Shown here piece after piece: positions 17,721 through 26,986 of a DNA stretch of 33,197 nt (positions within the stretch are counted from its first letter, which is position 1; the number at the start of each line of letters is the position of its first letter). Made by a program: the position numbers and the translations under genes. The notes beneath the pieces were generated by a model that saw only the letters and a list, made by a program, of their open reading frames with translations, did no database searches and was not told where the DNA came from. This stretch comes from a virus (taxonomy: Duplodnaviria; Caudoviricetes), in the IMG/VR virus record IMGVR_UViG_3300043391_000060, positions 1 to 33,197 of that record; one strand, written 5' to 3'.

Positions 17721-18941
17721 ATGTTTAGTTTTAAAGGATTTGTAACAAAGGGTACCAATACCCACCTAGAACACTTAGAAGATAGTATTATAGACCAAGG
17801 CTCAAAAGGTGGTCGTAATGCGGTCAATTTTCTAAAGTCAATCAAAAAAATGCTTGCAGGTAATGTAGGCGGCCGACTTAACGTAACTGTTAAATGGGAC
17901 GGTGCACCAGCAGTTATCTGTGGAATTAATCCTGAGAACGGCAAATTCTTTGTAGCAACTAAATCTTTATTCAACGTAAATCCAAAAATCAATTATTCTA
18001 CAGGCGACATTATGAAAAACCATGATGGAGTTTTATCACAGAAACTTATTGTTTGTTTAAGAGAATTAGCTAAATTAGGCATTACAGGAATTTTACAAGG
18101 TGATCTTTTATTTACAAAAGGTGATGTTAAGACTACAACAATAGATGATAAAGAATATTATACATTTACACCAAATACAATTACATATGCAGTACCAGTT
18201 AATAGTGCAATAGGTCAAAGAGTTGCACGTGCAAGATTAGGTATTGTATTTCATACACTATATTCAGGTAAAGATATTAAACATCTTTCAGCAAGTTTTG
18301 GAAGTGTTGCTGGTTTGCCTAAATCATCTTCTATTTTTATTACAGATGCAACATATAGAGATACATCAGGTGCAGCCACATTTAATAAATCAGAAATGTC
18401 CCAATTTGATAATATTATTTCCATGGCAGAAGGCTCATTACAAAAAGCGGCACCAATGCTAGATATACTTAACGTTGCAGATTCTTTAGCAGTAGGTTAT
18501 AAACTTAAATCATTCTTCAATCATTACATTAGAAATTCGCAAGGCGATATGGCTAAAGTAAAAGATTTAGTAGATATGTTTAGAGTGTATTATAATAATA
18601 TGTTACAACAAGAAGTTGAAGCAGTAAGTAAAGAAGAAACCAAAAACAAATATAGAAAAATTAGAGATGGTGGTTTAAACTTTATTGATAGAAATCAACA
18701 AGCATTATACTTTGCAATTGCAAGTTGGATATCATTACAACGTGCAAAGAATTTTCTAATAAGAAAAATGAATCAAATACAAAGCATTGGCCAGTTCATA
18801 AGAACACCAGATGGATTTAAAGTAACTAATCCAGAAGGATATGTGGCCGTTGATAGAGTTAAAGGTGCAGTTAAACTTGTAGATAGATTAGAATTTAGCA
18901 GAGCAAACTTTACAATAGCTAAAGACTGGTTAAAAGGATAA
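17721..18941 (+). CDS. conserved T4-like protein (DUF6267-like) with ligase-type nucleotidyltransferase motifs
   Basis: NTHLEHLED, TVKWDGAP, ILQGDL, EGYVAV, VKLVDR. Confidence 0.65.
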   Translation: MFSFKGFVTKGTNTHLEHLEDSIIDQGSKGGRNAVNFLKSIKKMLAGNVGGRLNVTVKWDGAPAVICGINPENGKFFVATKSLFNVNPKINYSTGDIMKNHDGVLSQKLIVCLRELAKLGITGILQGDLLFTKGDVKTTTIDDKEYYTFTPNTITYAVPVNSAIGQRVARARLGIVFHTLYSGKDIKHLSASFGSVAGLPKSSSIFITDATYRDTSGAATFNKSEMSQFDNIISMAEGSLQKAAPMLDILNVADSLAVGYKLKSFFNHYIRNSQGDMAKVKDLVDMFRVYYNNMLQQEVEAVSKEETKNKYRKIRDGGLNFIDRNQQALYFAIASWISLQRAKNFLIRKMNQIQSIGQFIRTPDGFKVTNPEGYVAVDRVKGAVKLVDRLEFSRANFTIAKDWLKG

Positions 18942-18942
18942 T

Positions 18943-19152
18943 ATGATTAAACAATTAAATCCAACCTTACCGGTAATAACTCCTAAAGGAGAGGCCTATG
19001 CTTATTTAATAATTGATTATGGTATGGAAGAACATTTACTATGGGTATGTTTTATTAATGAAACTGGCGAATGTTGGACATTTAGAAATCCACAAATAAG
19101 ATTAAAACCTAACGAGACTTTTAATAGATCAAAAACATCGGAGATAATATGA
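18943..19152 (+). CDS. hypothetical protein
   Basis: ORF after AAGGA; ATGA overlap with the next gene. Confidence 0.65.
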   Translation: MIKQLNPTLPVITPKGEAYAYLIIDYGMEEHLLWVCFINETGECWTFRNPQIRLKPNETFNRSKTSEII

Positions 19153-19436
19153 AAACATTTAAACAATTTATAAACGAAGCTGCTGTAGATTCAAAAGGAC
19201 TTAAAAGTTCTACAGGAGGATTAACAAAAAAAGGTAGAGATTATTATAATCGTAAAGATGGTAGTAATCTAAAAGCACCTGTAACAAAAAAACCATCTGA
19301 ATTAAAAAAAGGCAGTAAGGCATACAATAGACGTAAGTCATTCTGTGCTCGTATGTCTGGTAATCCAGGCCCAATGAAAGACGATAAAGGAAGACCAACT
19401 CGTAAAGCATTGGCATTAAAAAAGTGGAATTGTTAA
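19149..19436 (+). CDS. small basic phage protein (DUF6321-like) with capsid-targeting-like N-terminus
   Basis: MKTFKQFINE; GGLTKKGR...RRKSFCARM...KWNC. Confidence 0.65.
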   Translation: MKTFKQFINEAAVDSKGLKSSTGGLTKKGRDYYNRKDGSNLKAPVTKKPSELKKGSKAYNRRKSFCARMSGNPGPMKDDKGRPTRKALALKKWNC

Positions 19437-20122
19437 TGAAATCATTTGAACAAATACTTTCAGAAGGTTTATATGATCCAGCTATCTTTAAGGCTTTCTT
19501 TTTAGCAGGTGGGCCAGGTTCCGGCAAATCATTTGTCGCAAGAAACGTATTTACAGGTACAGGATTAAAGTTTGTAAACTCAGATACATTCTTTGAAAGA
19601 AGTTTAAGAGATGCTGGAATGTCATTGACATTACCAGACGAAGAACAATATTTTAGAGATATGTTAAGAACAAGAGCAAAAGCAAAAGCAGAAAATCAAG
19701 CTACTCTTTATGTTAAAGGTAGATTAGGTTTAGTAATAGATGCAACAGGCAGAGATTTTAATATAATACAAAGTCAAGCAAGTCAACTAAAGCAATTAGG
19801 ATATGATTGTTATATGGTATTTGTAAATACAAGTTTAGAAGTTGCATTAGAAAGAAATGCTAAAAGAGAAAGAACAGTGCCAGAATATATTACAAGAACA
19901 TCTTGGCAAGGTGTACAAAACAACATTGGTAAATTCCAAAACTTTTTTGGCATGGAAAATTTTATAGTAGTAGATAATAATAAATCAGAACAAGAATTAG
20001 TTACAATGACTATGAACAAAGTAAACACCGTAGTAAGAAGATATTTAAATACACCTATTAAAAGTTATATTGCAAAAAGATGGATGGCAAAAGAAAGAAT
20101 AGCGAGAAGAAAAGATGTTTAA
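19436..20122 (+). CDS. P-loop kinase (zeta-toxin/AAA_33-like; start re-assigned to ATG 19436)
   Basis: FLAGGPGSGKS, VNSD, LVIDATG, ALERNAKRERTVP lid. Confidence 0.8.
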   Translation: MKSFEQILSEGLYDPAIFKAFFLAGGPGSGKSFVARNVFTGTGLKFVNSDTFFERSLRDAGMSLTLPDEEQYFRDMLRTRAKAKAENQATLYVKGRLGLVIDATGRDFNIIQSQASQLKQLGYDCYMVFVNTSLEVALERNAKRERTVPEYITRTSWQGVQNNIGKFQNFFGMENFIVVDNNKSEQELVTMTMNKVNTVVRRYLNTPIKSYIAKRWMAKERIARRKDV

Positions 20123-22211
20123 ATTAATTAATGAAGCAGTAATAGATATACCTAGACGCACATACGCCAAAGATATATTTGATAATGCAGATACAGAAAA
20201 TCCAAAATTAAAACAATCTGTATTAGATATTATTAATACACAAATAAAAGAATTTGAAAAATTTTATCCCATTAAAAAATATAGTTTAGTTGGTTCCAGC
20301 ATTACAAAAAACTATAGAGATGATGCAGACTTAGATATAAATGTTTTATTTGATGTTGCACCGGAAGATAGAGAAGCTATTAGACTTAAACTATCACACG
20401 AGTTAAGAGGCATCAATGGTAAAGTAATACCAGGAACTAAACATCCAATTAATTATTACATCATAACAGATCCAAATGTAAAAGAAACAAATGATAAGAT
20501 GGCAGATGGTGTATTTGATATTAAGAATAATACTTGGTTAAGAAAACCAAAAGAATTTAAATTTGATGCTAATAGATATGCAGATGAATTTCAAAAGAAA
20601 GTAAAAGAAATAGACGTTGTAGAAGGAGAATTGAAAAGAGACATTATTGATTATAAAGAATTGACAGAATTAAATCCTGATGATGCTTTAAATTTACAAG
20701 AAATTATAAACGACAAGATATCTCAGATTGAAGATGATATTAAACAATTGGTTAATATTGGCAATACAGTATTGAAAGATAGACAAAATGCTTTTGCTAC
20801 TGATATGACACCAGAAGAAATTAAAACCTTTGGTAAAAAGAATTTAGTACCTAAGAATGTTATCTATAAGATGTTAGAGAAATATCATTATTTAAGATTG
20901 TATCATCAATTAAAAGATATATTAGATGATGGTAAAATAACAGATGCAGAAATACGTTCTATAAAAACAGAAGGAGTTAATAAATCTTTTGCATTTACTT
21001 TTGGCAGATTTAATCCACCAACAATAGGACATGAAAAACTATTACAAAAGGTTGCAAGTTTAGGATCAGAGTATAAAATATTTTTAAGTAGATCACAAGA
21101 CGCAGTTAAAAATCCATTAACACCATCAGACAAATTAAAATGGATGACAACTATATTTAAATCTTATGCTAGTCATATATTAATAATGCCTACAAATATG
21201 GTATTAGAATTAGCAGCAAAAATTTACAGCATGGGTTACACAAACGTAACTATGGTTGTTGGTAGTGATAGAGTAAGAGAATTTGATACTATACTAAACA
21301 AATATAATGGTGAAAGAAACAGACATGGTTTCTATAACTTTGAAAAGATAAATGTAGTATCAGCAGGCGAAAGAGATCCTGATGAAGAAGGCGTAACAGG
21401 AATGAGTGCAAGTAAATTAAGAAACTATGCTTCAAGAGGAGATTTAAAGAATTTCAAAAGAGGAATACCAGGCAATTTAACAGAGAAACAAAAGAACGAG
21501 TTATTCTTTGATGTTAGAAAAGGTATGGGACTATCAGTTAGTTTGGCCGCAGAATTTGAACCAACAGAAATGCCTAAAACTTTACAACAATTTGAAACAC
21601 AACAAGTAAGAGACTTATACATTAGAGAAATGATATTCAATATTGGCGAACAAGCACACAACGTCAATTTAGATGTAAAAGGAAAAGTAGTAAGACGAGG
21701 AACAAATTATATTGTATTAGAAGATACAAATAACAACCTCCACAAATCATGGATTTGGGATTGTATTCCAATAGCCGCAGATAAAGAAGTAATGGTACGA
21801 GAATACAATTTAGATATTGATTACGGATTTAAAGCCGTATCAGAAATTAAACAAGAAGATAAACAAGATAAACATAAGAAGATGTTTAATGAATTAAAAA
21901 AGGATTTGATTAAGATGACAGATATTAAAAAAGAAGCGTATGATATTGGCCACGATTATGCACAACATACGTCTAAAACAACACCAGGCGAGCCAGGTTA
22001 CGACCCTAATTATAAAGGTACTACATATGAACCAAGTAAAACTGAAGATAATTTAAAGAAAATAACGACTCAGGATATAGAGGAATGGTCTGGTTCAAAT
22101 GATACAATAGATAAATATAGACAAAGATATGGTAATAACTATCAATCTAAGATTGACGAAGTTAAACAAAAAATGATGTCTTTCAAAGAATATAATAAGG
22201 ATAAGAAATAA
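20115..22211 (+). CDS. fusion of a Pol-beta-type nucleotidyltransferase and a HIGH-family cytidylyltransferase-like domain
   Basis: LVGSS...DADLDINV; FTFGRFNPPTIGHEKL, VVGSDR, SAGERDPD, MSASKLR. Confidence 0.8.
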   Translation: MFKLINEAVIDIPRRTYAKDIFDNADTENPKLKQSVLDIINTQIKEFEKFYPIKKYSLVGSSITKNYRDDADLDINVLFDVAPEDREAIRLKLSHELRGINGKVIPGTKHPINYYIITDPNVKETNDKMADGVFDIKNNTWLRKPKEFKFDANRYADEFQKKVKEIDVVEGELKRDIIDYKELTELNPDDALNLQEIINDKISQIEDDIKQLVNIGNTVLKDRQNAFATDMTPEEIKTFGKKNLVPKNVIYKMLEKYHYLRLYHQLKDILDDGKITDAEIRSIKTEGVNKSFAFTFGRFNPPTIGHEKLLQKVASLGSEYKIFLSRSQDAVKNPLTPSDKLKWMTTIFKSYASHILIMPTNMVLELAAKIYSMGYTNVTMVVGSDRVREFDTILNKYNGERNRHGFYNFEKINVVSAGERDPDEEGVTGMSASKLRNYASRGDLKNFKRGIPGNLTEKQKNELFFDVRKGMGLSVSLAAEFEPTEMPKTLQQFETQQVRDLYIREMIFNIGEQAHNVNLDVKGKVVRRGTNYIVLEDTNNNLHKSWIWDCIPIAADKEVMVREYNLDIDYGFKAVSEIKQEDKQDKHKKMFNELKKDLIKMTDIKKEAYDIGHDYAQHTSKTTPGEPGYDPNYKGTTYEPSKTEDNLKKITTQDIEEWSGSNDTIDKYRQRYGNNYQSKIDEVKQKMMSFKEYNKDKK

Positions 22212-23818
22212 TGAGTTTCATTAAAGAATCAAAAAACGCTTATAAACAAGTACAAGAAAATCATATTGCAATTGCTATGGGTAAAATGCTAGATGACGAA
22301 GGCAGCATGATATTAAATCAATTAGAGGAATTAGAACGTGCTATTGAAATGATCCGTACTTACATTGGTGCTGATTATGAAAAACAATTACCAGCATGGG
22401 TTCAATCTAAAGTTACATTAGGAAGTGATTATATATCTACAGTAGGTAATTATCTTTCTAGTAAAAATGAAAAAGTAACAGAACAAGCTATTAAAGAAGA
22501 ATTTGATTTAGAGGAAACATCATTAGCAGCTATTCACAAAATGAAAGAAGATGGAAAAACAACAGAAGAAATAGCAAAAGAATTAAAACTAAACGCAGGT
22601 CTAGTTAAAAAGATTTTAGGAGAAGAAGTAGAATTAAAAGAATTTACAGATGCTATGCTTGCTGCTCTTAAAAAAGAATATGATCCATTAAAAGGTAAAA
22701 CAATTACTACTTCACAGTATCAACAATTAAAAAATATATTACTTAAACTACAAGATGGTGATTTAGAAAAATTACAAAAACAAAATATACCATTTGCTTC
22801 AACTGGAGCTGGTTCAATATTAAGAGTAAGAAAAGCACCAGTTAAAATAACAAGTGTTAAAGTACCAGGTTTAGAAAGTATGGCCGAAGAAAAAGTAGAA
22901 TTACAAGAAAAACCTAGTATAAAACAATATGTAGTGTTTCATAGTGATAATTCTCCTACTAAACATCAAGAGTTTAAAGCTTATGATGAAACAGAATTAA
23001 ATAAACAAATAGGCGAATTTTTAAAACAAAATCCTGGTTATAAAGTTTATGGAAAAAGTCCACCACAATCTATAAAAGAATCACCAATTCAAAGTGTTAC
23101 AGAAGAACCTAAAAATCCATATGCTATTGGTATGGCCGAAGAAACTTTACCTGTGATGTCAGGTTCAGATTTTTTAGGGTATAACGTAAAATACAAAGTA
23201 AAAAAATCCGACCAAATGATTAGTGTTTTCTGGTCTAAAGAAAAGAATTTAGCACAGAAGTTTTTAGATGATATAAAAAAAACAGGTGGTAATGGTATCA
23301 TTACAACAAAAGAAGAAATAGAATTACAAGAAAAACCAAAAGTTAAAAAACAAAAAGATCAAACAAATAACATACCTCAAAACATAGAACCTGCAGCTGC
23401 AGGTGGAGCTAATACACAAATTGGCCTTTCTATGGGAGAAGAAACTTTTAAAGATAACATAGTTAACAAGTTAGTTAAACCTGTACAAGATTATAATAAG
23501 AAAGCCGCTGAAAAAAGAACTATAGATATGACAGATGGTTCAGCTCACGTAAGATTTCCTAAAGATGATACTAAGGCTATGGAATTTTATAAATCAAAAG
23601 GTTATAAAGTAACAACAAAGTATGAAGAAGTAGAAGTAACAGAAGTAAAAGAACCTACAGGAAATTTAAAAGATGCTTGTTGGACAGGTTATGTAGCCGT
23701 TGGAACTAAAATGAAAAATGGAAAACGTGTACCAAATTGTGTACCTAAATCAGAAGCATATAAAGGTGCTAAAGCAATAGTAGAAAATGCTTTCAAAAAA
23801 TTAAAGGAGAAAAAGTAA
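22211..23818 (+). CDS. Glu/Lys-rich mosaic protein, probable internal head protein
   Basis: Short modules (LPAWVQSKVT, KNPYAIGMA, CWTGYVAVGTKMKNGKRVPNCVP) separated by Glu-rich linkers. Confidence 0.55.
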   Translation: MSFIKESKNAYKQVQENHIAIAMGKMLDDEGSMILNQLEELERAIEMIRTYIGADYEKQLPAWVQSKVTLGSDYISTVGNYLSSKNEKVTEQAIKEEFDLEETSLAAIHKMKEDGKTTEEIAKELKLNAGLVKKILGEEVELKEFTDAMLAALKKEYDPLKGKTITTSQYQQLKNILLKLQDGDLEKLQKQNIPFASTGAGSILRVRKAPVKITSVKVPGLESMAEEKVELQEKPSIKQYVVFHSDNSPTKHQEFKAYDETELNKQIGEFLKQNPGYKVYGKSPPQSIKESPIQSVTEEPKNPYAIGMAEETLPVMSGSDFLGYNVKYKVKKSDQMISVFWSKEKNLAQKFLDDIKKTGGNGIITTKEEIELQEKPKVKKQKDQTNNIPQNIEPAAAGGANTQIGLSMGEETFKDNIVNKLVKPVQDYNKKAAEKRTIDMTDGSAHVRFPKDDTKAMEFYKSKGYKVTTKYEEVEVTEVKEPTGNLKDACWTGYVAVGTKMKNGKRVPNCVPKSEAYKGAKAIVENAFKKLKEKK

Positions 23819-24717
23819 TGACAAGATATTTAGAAATTAAATCAGGAAGTATATCAGAAGTAGCAAAGAAATTAAGAGAAGATTATGATGCTTACTTTAA
23901 AAAAGAATTAGAAAAAGAAGGCAAACCAATAGCATCAATGACTGATGCTGAAAAGAAGGCCTTTTTTAATAGAGTTGATAAAGGATATAATGCTAAAGAT
24001 GAAGCAAATGAACCTGTTAAACCAGATGATTCAAAAACAACTTTAGTAGCTGCACCAGGTAATAAAGAAAAAGTAATCAGAATACCAAAAGAAAAATTAG
24101 CAGATTATAAAGCAAAAGGTTATGTTGAAGCTGAAAGTTTTGTACCAGAAGAAAAAAAAGTTAAAGAAGAAGAATTAACAGCTGGCCAAAAAAAACTACC
24201 ACCAGCACTTCAAAAAGCTATAGAGAAAAAAGAAAAGAATGAAGAATTAACAGCTGCACAAAAAAAATTACCACCAGCACTTCAGAAAGCTATAGAGAAA
24301 AAAGAAAAGAATGAAGAAGTAGAATTAGATGAAGCTGGCATGAAAGCAATTGCTACAGATCAAGCAGAATTAAAAAGACTTAGAGTGAGATTACAACAAT
24401 TAAGAGATACGGAAAACGCATCTGCTGGTGGAGATACTACAGACATTGAAAGACAAATTCACCAAACACGTTTATCAATATTAGATTTACAAAAAAAAGA
24501 ACTAGAAAAAGAAGATGTTGACGCTGATGTAATTAATAAAAAACAAAAAGAAGTTAAAGGTGAAAAAGAAGTAGTTAATGAAGCCAAAAAAAATTACAAG
24601 TCATATAAAAAATCTTTAAAAAAAGAAGAAGAAGATCCTAAAAAAACAAAATCTACTTTGACTGGTAAACCATTAACTAAGATTGATGTTGAACCTAAAT
24701 TATCAGGCCATAATTAA
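23818..24717 (+). CDS. Glu/Lys-rich probable internal head protein with a tandem repeat
   Basis: Composition; EELTA(G/A)QKKLPPALQKAIEKKEKN twice. Confidence 0.55.
   Translation: MTRYLEIKSGSISEVAKKLREDYDAYFKKELEKEGKPIASMTDAEKKAFFNRVDKGYNAKDEANEPVKPDDSKTTLVAAPGNKEKVIRIPKEKLADYKAKGYVEAESFVPEEKKVKEEELTAGQKKLPPALQKAIEKKEKNEELTAAQKKLPPALQKAIEKKEKNEEVELDEAGMKAIATDQAELKRLRVRLQQLRDTENASAGGDTTDIERQIHQTRLSILDLQKKELEKEDVDADVINKKQKEVKGEKEVVNEAKKNYKSYKKSLKKEEEDPKKTKSTLTGKPLTKIDVEPKLSGHN
24169..24318 (+). repeat. 72-bp in-frame tandem duplication
   Basis: Units 24169-24240 and 24241-24312 differ by a few substitutions, followed by GAAGAA. Confidence 0.92.
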
Positions 24718-24718
24718 A

Positions 24719-25123
24719 ATGAAAAAAATTATATTATCTTTATTTTTGGCATTCTCATTATCAGGTTGCATAGCATTAGCTGGCATATCAGCATTATTAC
24801 CTAGTGCTTGGGACGTTAATCAATCAGCCGCTATAACAGATATACAACAAAAATCAAAAAGAATTAATTGTAAAAACGAAGTAACTGTATTAAAGAAACA
24901 TTTAGATTCTTTAGATGAAAGAGTTGAATGGTTAATCATATACAGTGAAAGTAAAAAAACAGATGACATCTTTAATATGGCCAATGTTTATAATCAAACT
25001 TTGAAAGATATGATTGACAGAACAAATAAAAAATCTATAAGTAATAGTTATTGCGAAAACAAGAGAACTATATTAATAGAACAATCATACATAATATCAA
25101 AAGCATTACAAGGTAGAAACTAA
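24719..25123 (+). CDS. lipoprotein (start re-assigned to ATG 24719)
   Basis: MKKIILSLFLAFSLSG-C lipobox. Confidence 0.75.
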   Translation: MKKIILSLFLAFSLSGCIALAGISALLPSAWDVNQSAAITDIQQKSKRINCKNEVTVLKKHLDSLDERVEWLIIYSESKKTDDIFNMANVYNQTLKDMIDRTNKKSISNSYCENKRTILIEQSYIISKALQGRN

Positions 25124-25350
25124 TGGAACAATTAAAAGAATTATTAACAGCAAGTACTTGGGCAGCAAAGAGAGCTCAATATGCAATTAAATTTACAGAA
25201 GAATATAATTCTGGACAATTAAGTGCAGATGAATATACCGAATTATTAAACGATTTAAAAAATACAGATAAACTGAATTTACAAGCAGAAGAATTAGAAA
25301 TCAAAGTTAAATTAGAATCAGCAATCAATCTATTATTAAAACTTATTTAA
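25123..25350 (+). CDS. hypothetical protein
   Basis: TAATG-coupled to the lipoprotein gene. Confidence 0.65.
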   Translation: MEQLKELLTASTWAAKRAQYAIKFTEEYNSGQLSADEYTELLNDLKNTDKLNLQAEELEIKVKLESAINLLLKLI

Positions 25351-25356
25351 GTACCA

Positions 25357-25854
25357 ATGGATAATCTACCTCGTATATATTGCGACATGGATGGAGTGTT
25401 GTGTGATTTTATAGAAGCAGCCGAAAAATTATCAGGCATTTCCATCAATAAATGGATGTATTCTACTAAAGAAGAAAAATGGGGTCTTATAAAAGCACAA
25501 CCTAATTTTTGGCATACATTACCTTGGACTGTGGATGGCCATTTACTTTGGAATTTTATAAAGAAATATAACGCACATATATTATCAGCATACGTAGAAG
25601 AAAGTTTTGATCCAAATTGTATTGCCGGCAAATCACAGTGGGCAAGAACAAATCTAGGCATTGGTAATAATAGAATAAATTTAGTTAAAAGAGTTCAAAA
25701 ACAAAACTTCGCTAAAGTTGCAGGTCAACCAGCAATTCTTATAGATGATTATATTAAAAATGTTAGTCAATTTAAAGCTAATGGTGGCATAGGTATACAC
25801 CATATTAGTGCTTCAAACACAATAAATCAATTAAAAAAACTAGGTTTCAAATAG
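25357..25854 (+). CDS. HAD-family 5'(3')-deoxyribonucleotidase-like phosphatase
   Basis: IYCDMDGVLCDF, ILS, K, ILIDD...N, GGIGIHH. Confidence 0.88.
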   Translation: MDNLPRIYCDMDGVLCDFIEAAEKLSGISINKWMYSTKEEKWGLIKAQPNFWHTLPWTVDGHLLWNFIKKYNAHILSAYVEESFDPNCIAGKSQWARTNLGIGNNRINLVKRVQKQNFAKVAGQPAILIDDYIKNVSQFKANGGIGIHHISASNTINQLKKLGFK

Positions 25855-25862
25855 TGGTTTCT

Positions 25863-25870
25863 TATAAATA
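25863..25870 (+). promoter_or_regulatory. T4-type late promoter
   Basis: TATAAATA followed by TAAGGAG ribosome site. Confidence 0.8.
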
Positions 25871-25910
25871 GTATCGTTATAACAAATTACTTATTAATAA
25901 GGAGAGAAAA

Positions 25911-26405
25911 ATGAGTTTATGGGGAAATAAAGACCTAAAATCTTCATCAGGAACAGTAGCATTAGCTACGTCTGGTGTAGTTACAGGCACATCAACAGCA
26001 TTTACAACTGAATTAAAAGTTGGTAATGCTATAAAAATAGGTGGAACATGGTTCACGGTTGTTACAATTACTTCTGACACAAGTCTTAAAGTAAAATCAG
26101 CAATACCGGGAGATTCTATTTCATCACAAGGTGCAGGACAAACAATAGTATTTTCGGAAAAACCATCTTTCGTATCTACTTCAGAATCAGTAAATTCTAG
26201 TGGAACACAAGGTGATCCAACTAAAGTTTATGGTGTTGATACAACTGAAACAGCAGTTCAAGAAAGTAAAATTGCTCACGCTGGTTGGGTTAGACGTATT
26301 GCAGGTTCTGGTGGAAGAACAGGAAGAGTACAAACTGAAGTATTAGTAGCAAGTTCATCTATATCAGGTGATCAGTCTGACGATTCTCAGTTCCCTGACG
26401 CATAA
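25911..26405 (+). CDS. probable virion structural protein
   Basis: Ser/Thr/Gly-rich; MSLWG...HAGWV...GRVQTEVLVA; late promoter and strong ribosome site. Confidence 0.65.
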   Translation: MSLWGNKDLKSSSGTVALATSGVVTGTSTAFTTELKVGNAIKIGGTWFTVVTITSDTSLKVKSAIPGDSISSQGAGQTIVFSEKPSFVSTSESVNSSGTQGDPTKVYGVDTTETAVQESKIAHAGWVRRIAGSGGRTGRVQTEVLVASSSISGDQSDDSQFPDA

Positions 26406-26415
26406 TATATAAGAT

Positions 26416-26443
26416 TTATGGTGGGCTTAATCGCCCACTATAA
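26416..26443 (+). terminator. stem-loop after a structural gene (terminator or processing/stability hairpin)
   Basis: TTATGGTGGGC-TTAATC-GCCCACTATAA; no strong U tract on the + strand. Confidence 0.5.
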
Positions 26444-26445
26444 CG

Positions 26446-26453
26446 TATAAATA
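26446..26453 (+). promoter_or_regulatory. T4-type late promoter
   Basis: TATAAATA upstream of a structured leader and TAAGGAG. Confidence 0.8.
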
Positions 26454-26520
26454 TATAAACAAAGTGATCTAGGTATTACCTAGAGTAGCATTCCCGAAAG
26501 GGTTAATATAAGGAGTTAAA

Positions 26521-26970
26521 ATGGCAGATAAGAAAATCACGGCGCTTACCGATTTAGGTACAGCATTAGCAAACGCAGATTTGTTCCACGTAGTACAAGA
26601 TCCATCTGGAACACCAATTAATAAAAAAGTATCAACTTCAAACGTATTTAACAATATACCAACATATATTGGTTTAAAACAAACAGCACAATCTTTAAGT
26701 GCTAATGGAGCTGCAAACGTTACAACAGCAGTTACATTGGTTGATGCAACATCAAGTACAATAGCAGTTACACTTGCTGATGGTACTGATGGTCAAATTA
26801 AAACAATTATAGATACTGCATCATCTGGTACAAATGCAATTACTATTACACCTACTAATTTAAGAGGGTTTACTAGTGTTGTGTTAAATGCACAAGGTGA
26901 AACTGTTACACTAATGTTCAAAAGTTCTAAATGGAATATCATTGGTGGCCACGGTTATTCAGCATCTTAA
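26521..26970 (+). CDS. probable virion structural or fibre-like protein
   Basis: MADKKITALT start; Thr-rich beta-type C-terminus (VTLADGTDGQIKTI...KWNIIG). Confidence 0.65.
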   Translation: MADKKITALTDLGTALANADLFHVVQDPSGTPINKKVSTSNVFNNIPTYIGLKQTAQSLSANGAANVTTAVTLVDATSSTIAVTLADGTDGQIKTIIDTASSGTNAITITPTNLRGFTSVVLNAQGETVTLMFKSSKWNIIGGHGYSAS

Positions 26971-26986
26971 TAATTGGGAATATAAT

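Noticed and set aside
18244-18462. + strand 72-aa ORF nested in 17721..18941
   Set aside because: Out-of-frame shadow with a non-ATG start and no ribosome site
22878-24318. CRISPR-like array
   Set aside because: The repeats are in-frame coding duplications with no regular repeat-spacer period, and no cas genes are present
26461-26505. Hammerhead ribozyme or named riboswitch in the structured leader
   Set aside because: No CUGAUGA core or recognisable aptamer consensus; kept only as an unassigned structured leader
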